This document shows, one piece after another, positions 63,150-64,000 of a DNA stretch of 64,000 bases (position 1 is its first letter; every line of letters starts with the position of its first letter). The position numbers and the translations under genes are program-made. Under the pieces are notes generated by a model. It worked only from the letters and a program-made list of their open reading frames with translations, had not been told where the DNA came from and ran no database searches. The DNA comes from Anthoceros angustus (Eukaryota > Plantae > Anthocerotophyta), in contig MU008161.1 of the NCBI GenBank assembly GCA_010909165.1, forward strand, positions 186,001 to 250,000, in the 5' to 3' direction.

Positions 63150-63752
63150 CCGATCGCCGATTTCCGATTTCCGATTTCCGATTCCCGATTTCGAAACGCC
63201 CCTTCCCTCCCTTTGGACAAGCCTTATTTATAGACGGTCGCCATGAAAGCGGATCGTCTAATCCTGGATTTGCACTTAATGGCGCCGCACGTGGCACCCT
63301 TGAGTCCCAAAAAACAAACCAAGCCCAGGTCCCCAGCAGCCCAGCTCCCAGCATGACAAACCCCGCCAAACAAACGGCCATGCAAAAGCCCCCGGTCGCC
63401 GACCCCCGGCGGGCCGGCACCCTTCCTTCCCCTTGGGGTTTGGAGACCGTTGGGCGGAGAGGTTGACCGGCGGTCACGGGCCGGACACCCCGATTCACAT
63501 TCACATTCACGCCGCACGCGTGACCTCGACACAGGCAGCGGCTCTAACCCGTCACCATCAACCGTTCCCATTCGGAATTCGGAATTCGGAATTCGGACTT
63601 GGGATTTCGGACTTCGGACGGACATCATGATTCCCGCCCCAACGGACACAAAGCCCGCCTGCCCGTTCCCTGGCTTTATTAACCCGCCCTCACCCTCAAC
63701 CCCAGAGGCTCAGCCTGACATAACATAACATAACATAACATGACATGACATG
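63150..63752. repeat. Microsatellites (GATTTCC)n, (GGAATTC/GGACTTC)n and (ACATA/ACATG)n
   Basis: Arrays at ~63158-63195, ~63572-63618 and ~63717-63752. Confidence 0.85.
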
Positions 63753-64000
63753 GTATGGCCAGCGCGCCGCCCCGGCTGTCATGTTACGGACGCTCTCCTG
63801 CCGCTGCGTCGCTCATCAACGGCGTCACATCGCTCCTCGCTGCCGCTACCTACCTGCTTACAGACAGCTAATAAGCCTTCAAATTCTGCTGCTAATCGTA
63901 CCGCAATGGGCAGAGGCAGCAGGCAGGCTGCAGATGGCAGCGCCCGTTTTCTGTTGCTGCAGCACGCAAGGCATCTACGGAGGCCGAGGCCCAAGCATTT

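Overview
Eukaryotic land-plant nuclear DNA with spliceosomal introns, so the ORF track shows most genes only as exon fragments. It is probably a hornwort. This is an inference from a PLS-class PPR protein carrying eight lengthened L (LL-type) motifs, plus GC-rich compact genes with short introns. About 1-16.4 kb is a nest of transposon remnants: a Ty3/gypsy gag with tRNA-Asp PBS and LTR, a frameshifted Sola-like DDE transposase, a copia RT fragment, an antisense retroelement ORF and further LTRs. About 17-57 kb is gene-dense: EF-hand mitochondrial carrier, PsbR, NERD-domain protein, a 35-repeat PLS-E+ PPR, IBR3-type acyl-CoA dehydrogenase, VCCN/bestrophin, DAP decarboxylase, a C2H2 membrane protein, a PPR pseudogene, RPS6 and a KRP/ICK CDK inhibitor. 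The last ~7 kb is microsatellite-rich with no recognisable gene. Four indel-rich tandem duplications (0.5-1.8 kb) all lie in repeat DNA and may be long-read assembly artefacts. I found no clearly new multi-gene system. The best leads are the DYW-less LL-PPR editing factor, the NERD protein with an intact D...ExK motif, the Sola-like transposon and the bestrophin. Family assignments come from remembered motifs; no database search was run.
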